Below are positions 10,260 to 20,294 of a stretch of DNA of 64,000 nucleotides, piece by piece (within the stretch, counting starts at the first letter, position 1; each line of letters starts with the position of its first letter). Source of the stretch: Cryomorphaceae bacterium. Its GTDB lineage: Bacteria; Bacteroidota; Bacteroidia; Flavobacteriales; Schleiferiaceae. Made by a program: the position numbers and the translations under genes. Below the pieces are notes generated by a model. It searched no databases. It was not told where the DNA came from and was given only the letters and a program-made list of their open reading frames with translations. The stretch is taken from contig JAHEKP010000001.1 of assembly GCA_024638285.1 (NCBI GenBank), positions 9,093 to 73,092 of the forward strand, given 5' to 3'.

Positions 10260-11789
10260 TTATAATGCGTTGATGTTGTCTAATAGGGATTGGGCTTTTT
10301 CTCGAATTCCAGCTTTCACTGTGGCATTCATTTTATCGTAGGTGCGGTATACCATGCCTAGGCGAAAGTTCGATTGAAGTTTATCGCGCTGGCTATCGAA
10401 GAAATTCCAGTACAATGCGTTGAAAGGACAACTGTCGTCGTCTGTTTTAGTTTTCGGATTGTAGTGGCATTGGTCGCAGTAATCACCCATCTTCTTCATA
10501 TAATTTGCAGAAGAAACATAGGGTTTTGTGGCAATCCAGCCACCATCAGCATATTGACTCATGCCACGGGTATTCGTGATTTCAACCCATTCAAAAGCAT
10601 CGATGTAGATGCCGAGGTACCATAAATCTACTTCATCTGGATCAATTCCCGCTAAAAGCGCAAAATTTCCTGTTACCATGAGCCTTTGAATATGATGTGC
10701 ATAACCGTGGTCCAGGCTTTGCCTGATGGTATGGGATAGACATTTCATTTTTGTTTCCCCGTTCCAAAACCACTGCGGCAGTTTTCGGTCAAATTCAAAG
10801 AAATTTTCCGTTGCAAATTCGGGCATACGATGCCAATAGACACAACGCATAAACTCACGCCATCCTAGTATTTGCCGTATAAAACCTTCTACTGCATTTA
10901 AAGGAATCTCTGGATTCGTTCGGTAAAAGGATTCCACGCGATGACATACTTCTAGCGGCTGTATCATTTTAGTATTTAAAGCGAATGAAATCCGGCTGTG
11001 ATACAACGACCAGCTTTTTGTCGTAAGTGCATCCTGGTAATCTCCAAAAGAATGCAAGCCGTATTGTAGCCAATGGTCGAAAATTTCCCAGGCCTGCTCT
11101 GGTCTTGTGGGCCAATAAAAATGCTTGGGATCTTCTAACTTACCTATGGTTGGGAGTTTCGCTGCAATGGCATCTGCATACGCTTCACTCACATCCGTGC
11201 TGGGTACGAATGGAGGCGGAGGGAGATGGTCCTTTGGGAGTTTCTTTCTGTTTTGAGCGTCGTAGTTCCATTTACCGCCAACGGGCTGTGCTCCATCCAT
11301 TAAGAGACCAGTTCTTTTACGTAAGGCACGATAGAAGGTTTCCATTAAGAAGGTTTTTTTCCCTTTGAAAAGTTCCTGGAATTCAACATTCGAGCTTATG
11401 AAATGCTCGCTAGAAAACCAAGAAATCTCGAACCCTTTGCCATGCAGTTGTTCTAAATCTTTACGCAAACGCCATTCGTCGGGTTCTTGCAGTTCAATAT
11501 GTGTAATGCCGTTTTTTCGTGCTATCGATGTTAAAATACTACGCAAATTGGGTTCATTCCCTTCGAGGATGTTGTGATAGTGCACGTGGTGGCCCAATGA
11601 CTGTAATCTTTGAGCGAATTGACGCATTGCAGAAAGTATCCCAGTGACCTTTTGTATATGATGGGGAGCATAGCTGCCCTCTTCCCGCGATTCGATCATC
11701 ACATACGTGATTTGATCGCTCACAGTTGAAAACCAAGAATGTTGCGCATTGAGCTGATCGCCCAAAATAAGTCGGAGTGTGTTGCCCAT
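10260..11789 (-). CDS. FeS-BCP type cryptochrome/photolyase, (6-4) photolyase-like, PhrB/CryB class
   Basis: COG3046-like photolyase-related protein. Four Cys at residues 350, 438, 441 and 454 (KMKC...YCDQC...SCPF) fit the [4Fe-4S] ligand pattern of the FeS-BCP class. Its stop lies 1 nt from the Cry-DASH start. Confidence 0.85.
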   Translation of the reverse strand: MGNTLRLILGDQLNAQHSWFSTVSDQITYVMIESREEGSYAPHHIQKVTGILSAMRQFAQRLQSLGHHVHYHNILEGNEPNLRSILTSIARKNGITHIELQEPDEWRLRKDLEQLHGKGFEISWFSSEHFISSNVEFQELFKGKKTFLMETFYRALRKRTGLLMDGAQPVGGKWNYDAQNRKKLPKDHLPPPPFVPSTDVSEAYADAIAAKLPTIGKLEDPKHFYWPTRPEQAWEIFDHWLQYGLHSFGDYQDALTTKSWSLYHSRISFALNTKMIQPLEVCHRVESFYRTNPEIPLNAVEGFIRQILGWREFMRCVYWHRMPEFATENFFEFDRKLPQWFWNGETKMKCLSHTIRQSLDHGYAHHIQRLMVTGNFALLAGIDPDEVDLWYLGIYIDAFEWVEITNTRGMSQYADGGWIATKPYVSSANYMKKMGDYCDQCHYNPKTKTDDDSCPFNALYWNFFDSQRDKLQSNFRLGMVYRTYDKMNATVKAGIREKAQSLLDNINAL

Positions 11790-11794
11790 TTATG

Positions 11795-11823
11795 GAATAA
11801 ACGTGGGCTCTTATAAAAAGTTT
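11795..11823 (-). promoter_or_regulatory. ECF-sigma-style promoter candidate upstream of the FeS-BCP / Cry-DASH / decarboxylase operon
   Basis: Minus strand reads AAAC - N16 - CGTTTATTC, then CATAA ATG. It sits between the upstream terminator and the start codon. Confidence 0.5.
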
Positions 11824-11827
11824 AGAC

Positions 11828-11855
11828 AAAAAAAAGGAGCCAATTTCTTGGCTCC
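11828..11855 (-). terminator. Rho-independent terminator after the lipoprotein gene
   Basis: GGAGCCAA (11836-11843) / TTGGCTCC (11848-11855) 8-bp stem with a 4-nt loop. On the minus strand it is followed by a T8 run (A-run 11828-11835 on plus). Confidence 0.8.
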
Positions 11856-11992
11856 GTACCCCTAACCTAATTCAAAGTTTCCTTTGAATAGGGTGAATAT
11901 AGAATAACTAATTGTATTTCAATGCGATGAGCAGGAAATTAGGGTAAAATACTTTTGTGTTTCGATTTAGACTAAGTATTAAATCTCAATGT

Positions 11993-12574
11993 TTATAAAT
12001 GCACTTTGAATGAGCGAACGACCTGCTCAAGGCATTTTTCGCGCATCAACGAAAACGAATCTGTTGGACAAGGCATTTGCAGTTCTAATAGCAGCCCATT
12101 GGACAAACTATCTCTTACAATCAATTTGTGACCTATGATGTAATCCTCAGGATCTTGTTCGTAGCGCCCGTATGTGATAAACCATTCTTCTACAGTGTCT
12201 TTTTTCTCAGTCACCCAGCTGTCTCGTTTCGCCTTCTGTATATCCATCATGATCTGTGCCGTACGTTGTTCGTCCATTGAAATGTAAGCGCCCTGTCTCT
12301 TGAAAGGATGTACTTTTAATAAGACACTTCCTGTACTATCGTCGTTGTAACGCGCGGCTTCATAGTAGTTGAAGTTTTGTTTGCCAAATTCAGGCATACG
12401 TACAAGGTAATCGTAGCTTAAATTAAAGCTAAAGTCTATGGGGGGAAGTGCGTAGTACTGTGCTTGTTCGAAATTAAACGTGTAGCGCGCATCAAGCTTA
12501 CAGCTATTTTCTTTTGAAGAACTGCAGCCCAGCAATAAGGCTGCAATCAATATTGCAATTATCTTCGCTTTCAT
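11993..12574 (-). CDS. Lipoprotein, unknown function
   Basis: Signal peptide with lipobox (IAALLLGCSSS). No recognisable domain. Confidence 0.6.
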   Translation of the reverse strand: MKAKIIAILIAALLLGCSSSKENSCKLDARYTFNFEQAQYYALPPIDFSFNLSYDYLVRMPEFGKQNFNYYEAARYNDDSTGSVLLKVHPFKRQGAYISMDEQRTAQIMMDIQKAKRDSWVTEKKDTVEEWFITYGRYEQDPEDYIIGHKLIVRDSLSNGLLLELQMPCPTDSFSLMREKCLEQVVRSFKVHL

Positions 12575-12575
12575 A

Positions 12576-14117
12576 ATGTCTGATCAATTCACATATTCAC
12601 TGCTTCCTCATGAGGAAACCGGCGTTCCTTCAAAAGTAATGAAGGACCTCATAGCCGGAGGAACTTTTCTGGAATCAATTGCGAAAGCTCCTTACCATTG
12701 GGAGTCTTTTGCAGCGCAAGCCAATGCTCAGATGAACTATTCTTCTGAGATTAGAGAAATTGTTGCGAAATCATTCGAGCACCAAAATGCCCATAGCACA
12801 CCATCAGAAAATGCTTCGATTGCTGCATTTCGCAGCGGTGCACTGAGTGTTACAACGGGGCACCAATTAATGGTATGTGGTGGAACAGTATTTTTTGAAG
12901 CTAAAGTTTTGGGTGCTGTGGCACTTGCAAAAGCAGCTTCTAAAGCACTCGGAGTAGATGTAGTTCCTATATTTTGGATGGCCACAGAAGATCACGATTT
13001 TGAGGAAATATCTAGCTTTAGCATAGGCCAGCACACATTCACTTGGGAGTATCCCGATGCTAAAGGTCCAGTGGGTTGTTTACCTACGGATGGTTTAGCG
13101 GAGCAATTAGAACATTGGCTCGAAAACGTGCCACTCAACGAGGCGCAGAGAAAACTGCTCCAACCTCGTCTTCAAGCCTACAAGGAATGCGGAAATCTTG
13201 CAGATGCGACCCGGCAATGGGTTCGCCAATGGTCGGAAGGATTAGGTCTTCTGGTCCTTGATGGACAGGACGCCACCTTAAAGGGGGCTGCAGCACCACT
13301 TTGGTCGGCAGAAATGGAGGGTGATTATTCGGAGCTCATTCACAAACAAACCGAAGCTTTGGTATCGAATGGCTATCAAGCTCAAGTATTCCCGCGTGAA
13401 ATCAATCTCTTTGATTTGCGCGATGGTGGCCGCCAGCGATTTGAGCAAGCGGATCATCGGTGTCCGCCAGAGCATATTAGTCCAAACGCCTTAATGCGCC
13501 CGTTGTATCAAGAGTATTTATTGCCAAATCTCGCTTATGTTGGTGGGGGAGGTGAACTTGCGTATTGGCTGCAACTTGGAGAAGCTTTCAAAAAAATGGA
13601 TCGACCAATGCCGGTGCTTTATCTACGTGATAGTCTGTTCATTCAAAACGCGAAACTGCAGCGTGCCTTAGATAAAATTGGACAACCGCTATCGGCCATA
13701 TTGAACCATTCTGTGGAGGCTTTAAAAAAGCAATTTATAGCGAATCATCTTTCTTTACAAGCAGAAGGGGAAGCCTTGCAACTGCCATTAGAGGCTGGTA
13801 TTGATCAATGGAATTCCTCGTTAAAATCGGCCTATCCAGAGTTGGAACAGCATGCACAAGCCTTGCGCGTGAAGATGATAAAACTAGCTCAACGTACCGC
13901 TGAGACTCGTTACAGGGCTCAAAAAAGACGTCATGCAGAAGTGATGGAGGCCGTTGATACGGTGTATGCGATGGTTTATCCTGATGGGGCGTTCTGGGAA
14001 CGAAAAGCATCCTATGCAGATCTTGTAGGCGCTTTAGGGGCTGATCCTCGAGACGAAATCGTTGAAAACATGTCAGCAATAAAGGCAGGAACTTGGGTGC
14101 TGAGCAGTAAAAAATAG
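12576..14117 (+). CDS. bshC: Bacillithiol biosynthesis cysteine-adding enzyme BshC
   Basis: About 510 aa, with a FWMATEDHDFEEI motif and the overall BshC-like layout. Called from memory of the family. Confidence 0.7.
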   Translation: MSDQFTYSLLPHEETGVPSKVMKDLIAGGTFLESIAKAPYHWESFAAQANAQMNYSSEIREIVAKSFEHQNAHSTPSENASIAAFRSGALSVTTGHQLMVCGGTVFFEAKVLGAVALAKAASKALGVDVVPIFWMATEDHDFEEISSFSIGQHTFTWEYPDAKGPVGCLPTDGLAEQLEHWLENVPLNEAQRKLLQPRLQAYKECGNLADATRQWVRQWSEGLGLLVLDGQDATLKGAAAPLWSAEMEGDYSELIHKQTEALVSNGYQAQVFPREINLFDLRDGGRQRFEQADHRCPPEHISPNALMRPLYQEYLLPNLAYVGGGGELAYWLQLGEAFKKMDRPMPVLYLRDSLFIQNAKLQRALDKIGQPLSAILNHSVEALKKQFIANHLSLQAEGEALQLPLEAGIDQWNSSLKSAYPELEQHAQALRVKMIKLAQRTAETRYRAQKRRHAEVMEAVDTVYAMVYPDGAFWERKASYADLVGALGADPRDEIVENMSAIKAGTWVLSSKK

Positions 14118-14120
14118 TGG

Positions 14121-14128
14121 TATTTTTG
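14121..14128 (+). promoter_or_regulatory. Bacteroidetes -7 box upstream of guaA
   Basis: TATTTTTG, ending only 4 nt before the ATG at 14133. Confidence 0.35.
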
Positions 14129-14132
14129 CTGG

Positions 14133-15662
14133 ATGCAAGAAACCATTTTGATCCTCGACTTCGGTTCACAATACACGCAGCTTATTGCGCGTAGGGTTCG
14201 TGAACTCAATGTATATTGTGAAATCCATCCGTTTAATAACCCGCCAGAAATCACTTCAGATGTTAAAGGCGTTATCCTGAGCGGTTCACCCTACAGCACA
14301 CTTCAAGAAGATGCCCCTCAGTTTGACCTGAGTGGGATTAAAGGCAACCTCCCCCTTTTAGGAGTCTGTTATGGTGCCCAGTACATGGCCCTAACTTCAG
14401 GAGGTAAAGTTGCACCTAGTGAAATTCGTGAGTACGGTCGTGCCAATCTTAGCGCAGTCTCCTCCTCAGATACCTTGTTTGGAGGCGTTAATGAAGGTTC
14501 TCAGGTCTGGATGAGTCACGGTGATACGATCATGGAACTTCCAGAAGGTTTTGAGATCATTGCCTCAACACACGATGTGCGTGTCGCGGGCTATAAGGTA
14601 AATGATGAGCCTACGTACGGCATTCAGTTCCACCCTGAAGTCTATCATAGTACAGACGGGACGCAGTTACTAAAAAATTTCCTGTACGATATCGTTGGAG
14701 TAGTGGGCGACTGGACACCCGCACATTTTGTCGATGAAACGGTTGCCGCTCTGAAAGAGCAGTTGGGCACTGATAAGGTCGTTCTTGGTTTAAGTGGCGG
14801 TGTGGATAGTTCGGTTGCCGCCATGTTATTACACAAGGCAATAGGGAAAAATTTGTATTGCATCTTTGTGAATAACGGCTTACTGCGCAAGAACGAATTC
14901 ACGGATGTGCTCAAGCAATACGAAGGAATGGGATTGAATGTAAAAGGTGTGGACGCATCGGACCAATTCCTTTCTGCACTTGCAGGAATGGAAGAACCCG
15001 AAGCTAAGCGCAAAGCCATAGGCCGAGTATTTATTGAAGTTTTTGATCAAGAAGCACATTTGATTGAAGATGTCACATGGTTAGCTCAGGGTACAATCTA
15101 TCCAGATATTATTGAGAGTATTAGCGTAAACGGTCCTTCAGCAACCATAAAAAGTCACCACAACGTCGGTGGTTTACCTGATTTCATGAAACTGAAAGTA
15201 GTTGAGCCATTGAAGACCTTATTCAAGGATGAAGTGCGTCGTGTTGGCGCATCAATGGATATGGCCGCAGAACTTTTAGGACGTCACCCTTTTCCAGGTC
15301 CTGGTCTAGCTATCCGCATTTTAGGTGATATCACTGCGGAAAAAGTTGCTATTTTACAAGAGGTTGATTACATCTTCATTCAAGGACTCAAGGACGAAGG
15401 TCTTTATGATCGCGTTTGGCAGGCGGGGAGTATTTTGCTTCCTGTGAATTCTGTGGGAGTAATGGGCGATGAACGTACCTATGAAAAAGTGGTAGCATTG
15501 CGTGCGGTAGAAAGTACAGATGGCATGACTGCGGACTGGGTACACTTACCATATGAGTTTCTTGCGAAAGTGAGTAATCAAATTATTAATAAGGTTAAAG
15601 GTGTGAACCGGGTTGTATATGATATCAGCTCAAAACCACCAGCCACGATCGAATGGGAATAA
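14133..15662 (+). CDS. guaA: GMP synthase (glutamine-hydrolysing)
   Basis: N-terminal GATase ([27 protein letters not shown]), ATP-PPase SGGVDSSV motif, C-terminal PPATIEWE. Confidence 0.95.
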   Translation: MQETILILDFGSQYTQLIARRVRELNVYCEIHPFNNPPEITSDVKGVILSGSPYSTLQEDAPQFDLSGIKGNLPLLGVCYGAQYMALTSGGKVAPSEIREYGRANLSAVSSSDTLFGGVNEGSQVWMSHGDTIMELPEGFEIIASTHDVRVAGYKVNDEPTYGIQFHPEVYHSTDGTQLLKNFLYDIVGVVGDWTPAHFVDETVAALKEQLGTDKVVLGLSGGVDSSVAAMLLHKAIGKNLYCIFVNNGLLRKNEFTDVLKQYEGMGLNVKGVDASDQFLSALAGMEEPEAKRKAIGRVFIEVFDQEAHLIEDVTWLAQGTIYPDIIESISVNGPSATIKSHHNVGGLPDFMKLKVVEPLKTLFKDEVRRVGASMDMAAELLGRHPFPGPGLAIRILGDITAEKVAILQEVDYIFIQGLKDEGLYDRVWQAGSILLPVNSVGVMGDERTYEKVVALRAVESTDGMTADWVHLPYEFLAKVSNQIINKVKGVNRVVYDISSKPPATIEWE

Positions 15663-17182
15663 AACATTTACTTTTTCTTTGCTTTTTTGCAAGTACTACA
15701 TCGCTCAGTGCGCAATCGGTTACTGAACATGTGGTAGTTAAAGGGAATACACTGTATTCACTTTCAAAACAGTATGGAATTACAGTAGATGCGCTTCTTG
15801 AAGCGAACCCACAGATTGTAGGTACCACACTTTCTTTGAACGATGTTCTTATAGTACCATCGCCTGTTCCGCAGAATTCTTTGCCGGCAAACACGGAAGT
15901 TTTAAAAGCGGAATCTCAGGATTCAGTGCAGCCTAACCCGAGATTTGAAATCTATAAAGTGCGTCGTGGGGATACCCCTGAGACTTTAGCAAAAGAGTGG
16001 GGTTTTTCGGATATGGTTTCTTTTTACCGTATTAACCCAGATGCGCGCACGGATTGGAAACGCGGTTTACAATTGGTTAAACCCATGAATAAAGTTGCCC
16101 TAAGTAAAGCCACCAGTGATACGCTCGTGGTAAGCGCAGCGTTGCCTCAGGATACATTGGGTGAACAACCGGACAGCACTAAAACTGGTCTAAATATTTT
16201 AGGGGTTTTGCCTTTTTTTCATATCGATTATATTAATGAAACGGCATTGGCTAAGCGCAGTCCTGTAGCTATGAGTTTACGTATGGGTATGGAATTCGCA
16301 GCTCATTTGCATAGCGATAGTACTTTTAAGGTAAGGCTAGATTTCGTCGACTCGCACAACCATCAAGATTCATTGAAGAAAGCTATAGACTCCCTGAAAA
16401 TAGAGCAATATGACCTCTTGCTAGGACCGCTTTATTCTAAACGGGTACAGCAGATCGCCGATTATGGTGTTGCAGAAAAATCGGTCAATTTGATGAGCAA
16501 AAGTGCTGGGATCAATGATCTAGAAGTGTATAATGCTGTTGTGGCAGAAGAAGATTTTTATCGGTCTCTTCGCACCTTGATCAACGAACGCGGTGCGAAA
16601 GATGTTCGTCGTATTCCTTTGATAGTCACAAAGTTAAGAACAGCGGCTTGCGATTCATTTTTTGAAGGATTTACGAATCCAAATAAACAGTTAGTGACTA
16701 ATGGTTCAAAATGGGAGTCTAACGAATCCTTATCGAGACTGGTGACTAATGCTCATTATGAATTGGTCATTTATGATAATGACCCCGCGTTTATTCTAGA
16801 TGTACTCCGAAATTTACGAATGGGTAACGCTTCATATTCCCTGTATGCTACGGAATACCAGCTTTTTAATAGTGGAATCACTAACGATAATTTCATGCGA
16901 GAAGCTGAGGTGATCTGTGCGATGTCTTCCTATATGTCGTATCAGGATTCGAAAACACTTTTATTTGTAGAAGCCTTCAGAGCGTATTTTGGCGTTGAGC
17001 CTAACCTCTATGCCATACGAGGGTATGATATCGCGGATTATCATATTATTAGACAGCGCTACGGAGAAGTTCGGATGCGTGGAATTTACCTAGGATTTGA
17101 CCATAGTCAGGGCAAGCAAAACAAATGGGTTGAATTACGTCAGTTTGATAATTTTGAGTGGAGTATACTCCAGGAACTGTAG
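15653..17182 (+). CDS. LysM-domain protein with periplasmic-binding-protein-like C-terminal region
   Basis: Signal peptide. Two LysM repeats ([28 protein letters not shown]; [18 protein letters not shown]). The remainder resembles a type I periplasmic binding fold, which is a weak call. Confidence 0.65.
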   Translation: MGIKHLLFLCFFASTTSLSAQSVTEHVVVKGNTLYSLSKQYGITVDALLEANPQIVGTTLSLNDVLIVPSPVPQNSLPANTEVLKAESQDSVQPNPRFEIYKVRRGDTPETLAKEWGFSDMVSFYRINPDARTDWKRGLQLVKPMNKVALSKATSDTLVVSAALPQDTLGEQPDSTKTGLNILGVLPFFHIDYINETALAKRSPVAMSLRMGMEFAAHLHSDSTFKVRLDFVDSHNHQDSLKKAIDSLKIEQYDLLLGPLYSKRVQQIADYGVAEKSVNLMSKSAGINDLEVYNAVVAEEDFYRSLRTLINERGAKDVRRIPLIVTKLRTAACDSFFEGFTNPNKQLVTNGSKWESNESLSRLVTNAHYELVIYDNDPAFILDVLRNLRMGNASYSLYATEYQLFNSGITNDNFMREAEVICAMSSYMSYQDSKTLLFVEAFRAYFGVEPNLYAIRGYDIADYHIIRQRYGEVRMRGIYLGFDHSQGKQNKWVELRQFDNFEWSILQEL

Positions 17183-17183
17183 C

Positions 17184-17212
17184 GAACAAAAACAGTTCTG
17201 CTTCGTTTTATA
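17184..17212 (+). promoter_or_regulatory. ECF-sigma-style promoter candidate upstream of bcp-crtZ-cyclase
   Basis: GAAC (17184-17187) - N16 - CGTTTTATA (17204-17212), 21 nt before the bcp ATG. Confidence 0.5.
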
Positions 17213-17232
17213 CACAACGAAAAGCCCTAATC

Positions 17233-17700
17233 ATGCCCAATAACCCCATAAGAGTAGGCGATGCATTGCCTGAATTTACCCTAGTAGATCAAAGCAATAC
17301 GCCCGTTAGTACCGCAGATTTTAAAGGTCAGCCGCTAGTTATTTTCTTTTATCCAAAAGACCATACGCCGGGTTGTACAGCACAAGCTTGTGATTTTAGA
17401 AATTACGAAAGTGAATTTCAGGCTGTTGGTGCTCAGGTAATAGGTATTAATGAAGCCTCTGTAGAATCGCACAAGGGATTTGCAGCTAAACACAACCTAA
17501 AGTATCCCATTCTCAGTGATCCGGGTCACAAGGTGAGAAAGTCCTTTGGCGCTCCTGGTCTGTTGTTCAACACTGTAGCGAACAGAATCACCTATGTAAC
17601 TGATGATAACCATCGGGTAGTTTATATCTTTAAAAGTCTTTTGCGTGCAACCGATCATGTGGAAGAAAGTTTGGCTTTTTTAAAATCAGTAGTAAAATGA
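17233..17700 (+). CDS. bcp: Thiol peroxidase / peroxiredoxin Bcp
   Basis: FFYPKDHTPGCTAQAC peroxidatic Cys motif, about 155 aa. I chose the ATG at 17233 (MPNNPIRVGD). The stop overlaps the crtZ start (ATGA at 17697-17700). Confidence 0.85.
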   Translation: MPNNPIRVGDALPEFTLVDQSNTPVSTADFKGQPLVIFFYPKDHTPGCTAQACDFRNYESEFQAVGAQVIGINEASVESHKGFAAKHNLKYPILSDPGHKVRKSFGAPGLLFNTVANRITYVTDDNHRVVYIFKSLLRATDHVEESLAFLKSVVK

Positions 17701-18164
17701 CAACCCTTGAATTTTTCTTGACGTTGCTGACCTTCTTTGTTATGGAGGGTGTGGCTTGGGCTGCACATAAGTACCTGATGCATGGATTCTTGTGGTTCTT
17801 ACATGATGACCATCACACCAAAACTCCGGGCGCACTGGAAAAGAATGATACGTTCTTTCTCATTTTCGCCATACCCTCATGGCTCTGCATCATGCTCGGT
17901 CTGATGTATGGCGCGGGTATTAGCGTTGCTATAGGTGCGGGTATAGCGCTTTATGGTTTTGCATATGCCATGGTCCACGAATTATTTATTCATCAACGCA
18001 TTCCGTTATTCAAACAGACAAAATCTACCTATCTTGAAGCCATACGTCTTGCCCACAAAATGCACCATAGGCACTTAGGTAAAGAACATGGGGAAAACTT
18101 TGGAATGCTGTGGGTCCATCCTAAATACATTAAACAAGTACGTGCTTTACGTGCTCAATCATAA
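17697..18164 (+). CDS. crtZ: Beta-carotene 3-hydroxylase
   Basis: Collinear with Pantoea-type CrtZ: AHKYLMHG, HDDHH, MVHELFIHQR, AHKMHHRH histidine boxes. Confidence 0.9.
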   Translation: MTTLEFFLTLLTFFVMEGVAWAAHKYLMHGFLWFLHDDHHTKTPGALEKNDTFFLIFAIPSWLCIMLGLMYGAGISVAIGAGIALYGFAYAMVHELFIHQRIPLFKQTKSTYLEAIRLAHKMHHRHLGKEHGENFGMLWVHPKYIKQVRALRAQS

Positions 18165-18170
18165 CTGTTT

Positions 18171-18878
18171 GTGTTAGAAACAAAATGGCTATATCTGTTG
18201 CTCAATCTGGGGACACTGACTGTTCCCTTATTGCGCAGTTTTGAGCCAAGGATTGCGTATTACAAAACATTTGGTTCGCTGGCAAAGTCCATGCTAATCA
18301 TTAGCAGTTTTTTTATCGTTTGGGATATTGGGTTTACTGAATGGGGTGTTTGGGGCTTTACCCCAGCTTATTTAAGTGGGATCTATCTTTTCGGTTTACC
18401 GCTCGGTGAATACCTCTTTTTTATTACCGTTCCCTTTGCCTGTATTTTCATTTACAAGTGCATGGAGCTTTTCTTCCCAAAGGGAATAATCACAGCAAAT
18501 TTAGCAGGGAAAATTTCTCAATTACTCATCCCATTCTGCTTGGCCGTAGGAATTCTATCTTACGACAAGAGTTACACCGCATCTACTTTTATTTTGTTAG
18601 GACTTTCGCTAATCTACGTCAGCTGGATTGCGAAATGCAGTTGGTTGCCTCGCTTTTACGAGAGTTATGCGGTTTCATTGATTCCCTTTTTTTTGAAAAA
18701 TGGTATTCTAACGGGCTCATTTCTAGAGACACAGGTAGTATGGTACAATAACAACGAAAATTTGAGAATTCGACTAGGTACGATCCCATTTGAAGATGTT
18801 TTCTATGGCATGCTCCTCATTCTAGGCACCTTGTTTTTTTATGAAAGATTCGAAGCGACCCGAAAGAGCCGTCTTTAA
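18171..18878 (+). CDS. Lycopene cyclase domain protein (fused CrtYc/CrtYd heterodimeric type)
   Basis: 235 aa polytopic membrane protein with two half-repeats, each carrying a PxE(E/D)-like motif (LPLGEYLFF; IPFEDVFYG). GTG start. Confidence 0.7.
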   Translation: MLETKWLYLLLNLGTLTVPLLRSFEPRIAYYKTFGSLAKSMLIISSFFIVWDIGFTEWGVWGFTPAYLSGIYLFGLPLGEYLFFITVPFACIFIYKCMELFFPKGIITANLAGKISQLLIPFCLAVGILSYDKSYTASTFILLGLSLIYVSWIAKCSWLPRFYESYAVSLIPFFLKNGILTGSFLETQVVWYNNNENLRIRLGTIPFEDVFYGMLLILGTLFFYERFEATRKSRL

Positions 18879-18955
18879 CAAATATCATCTTCTAACGATT
18901 TAGGTGAAGCGTCAAAGATTTATCTTTAATTAAAATCTAAACCGCTACTCGCTCT

Positions 18956-19666
18956 ATGGAGGTTCTCTTTAGTCCAGAAGGATTATTGTCGTTACTTACT
19001 TTGACTTTTCTAGAAATCGTTTTAGGAATTGACAATATCATCTTTATTTCTTTGATTTCTAATGACCTGAAATCTTCACAACAGCCACTAGCGAGACGAC
19101 TAGGCTTAGGACTCGCATTAGGCTTTCGAATAGTAATGCTTTTGGGCATCACGTGGTTGATAGGTTTAACGGATCCTATCTTCACTATTGGTGATCACCC
19201 TGTTTCGGGTAGAGATGCAATCCTTTTTATAGGTGGTATGTTCTTATTAGCAAAGTCTTCAACAGAAATTGTTAAAAAAACGGAAGGGAAGGAACACGGT
19301 GACCATAGTAAGAAGCCTAAATCTTTATTAGGTGTTGTAATCCAAATAGGTCTGCTGGATATTGTCTTCAGTTTTGATAGCGTTTTAACCGCAATTGGGA
19401 TGACTCATGAATTGGTCATCATGATAGTTGCTGTGATAATTTCAATGGTGATCATGCTGGCGTTTGCAAAACCTATTGCAGAGTTTATTGAGCGCCATAT
19501 GAGTTTACAAATCCTTGCATTGGCCTTTTTAATTATGATCGGAATGGTGCTTATTGCGGAGAGTGCTCACGTTGAAATTCCGAAACCTTATGTGTACAGT
19601 TCTGTAGGCTTTGCCTTGATTGTTCAACTGCTCAGTATTCGTGCAGCTGAGCGAAATAAGCAATGA
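18956..19666 (+). CDS. TerC family integral membrane protein
   Basis: LEIVLGIDNIIFISL and a second DIVFSFDSVLTA repeat, typical of TerC/YjbE-like proteins. Confidence 0.8.
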   Translation: MEVLFSPEGLLSLLTLTFLEIVLGIDNIIFISLISNDLKSSQQPLARRLGLGLALGFRIVMLLGITWLIGLTDPIFTIGDHPVSGRDAILFIGGMFLLAKSSTEIVKKTEGKEHGDHSKKPKSLLGVVIQIGLLDIVFSFDSVLTAIGMTHELVIMIVAVIISMVIMLAFAKPIAEFIERHMSLQILALAFLIMIGMVLIAESAHVEIPKPYVYSSVGFALIVQLLSIRAAERNKQ

Positions 19667-20236
19667 TTATTGGAATCGGCCCACGAGTCTGAAGTAGTCC
19701 TTAAATACTTCAAAATTCGCTTTTTCATTCCCTTGCGTGCCATAAAGCAATAATGAATCTTGACCTTGTACTATGAACGCACGGTGGTATTCAAAGGCGT
19801 TTTGAAAGAGTAAGGCGGCTAATTGGTAATGCTGTTCAAAGTCCATCTTATCCAGATAGATGTTCACTACGTTGGTATCTACGCGAACGGTTACCGTATC
19901 TCTAAAAAACTTTCTTGCGCTTGGTTCAGCGACAATGTAGGCTTCATCTGCACGCCAGTTATTAACTATTGCAAAGTTCAGGAAGGGTACCGTAGTATCT
20001 CTGAGGCATTTTAAAGATCGGTGCGTTTTGAAACCTTGTGCAGTCAGCTCTGTTCTTTCGTCGGTGCGGTACTTATAGATACGTGTATTGTTGAAGAAAA
20101 TCTCATCACTTTCTAGCACAGAATAATCCGCAGGTGCTCGCCAATCAATAAGTTTGTGTTCATAAGGCCATATAATGGTAAGCAGTACAATGGCGCCAAT
20201 AAATGCGAGTGCGTAGGTATAGAGTTTCTTTTCCAC
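19667..20236 (-). CDS. Membrane-anchored hypothetical protein
   Basis: GTG start, N-terminal TM helix (YALAFIGAIVLLTIIW), no recognisable domain. Its stop abuts the TerC stop with 0 nt between them. Confidence 0.5.
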   Translation of the reverse strand: MEKKLYTYALAFIGAIVLLTIIWPYEHKLIDWRAPADYSVLESDEIFFNNTRIYKYRTDERTELTAQGFKTHRSLKCLRDTTVPFLNFAIVNNWRADEAYIVAEPSARKFFRDTVTVRVDTNVVNIYLDKMDFEQHYQLAALLFQNAFEYHRAFIVQGQDSLLLYGTQGNEKANFEVFKDYFRLVGRFQ

Positions 20237-20240
20237 GATA

Positions 20241-20272
20241 GAACAACAATATCAATTCATGCTTGTTTATTA
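20241..20272 (+). promoter_or_regulatory. ECF-sigma-style promoter candidate (TGT variant) upstream of the crtD-like gene
   Basis: GAACAAC (20241-20247) - N16 - TGTTTATTA (20264-20272). Confidence 0.35.
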
Positions 20273-20294
20273 AGTACCTCAAATAAAATAGTTC

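Noticed and set aside
18879-18955. Possible yybP-ykoY (Mn) riboswitch in front of the TerC-family gene
   Set aside because: The leader is only 77 nt and I could not see the conserved four-helix junction sequence. It does contain a near-miss of the ECF-like motif (AAC-N16-CGATTT, 18877-18901), which I did not count.
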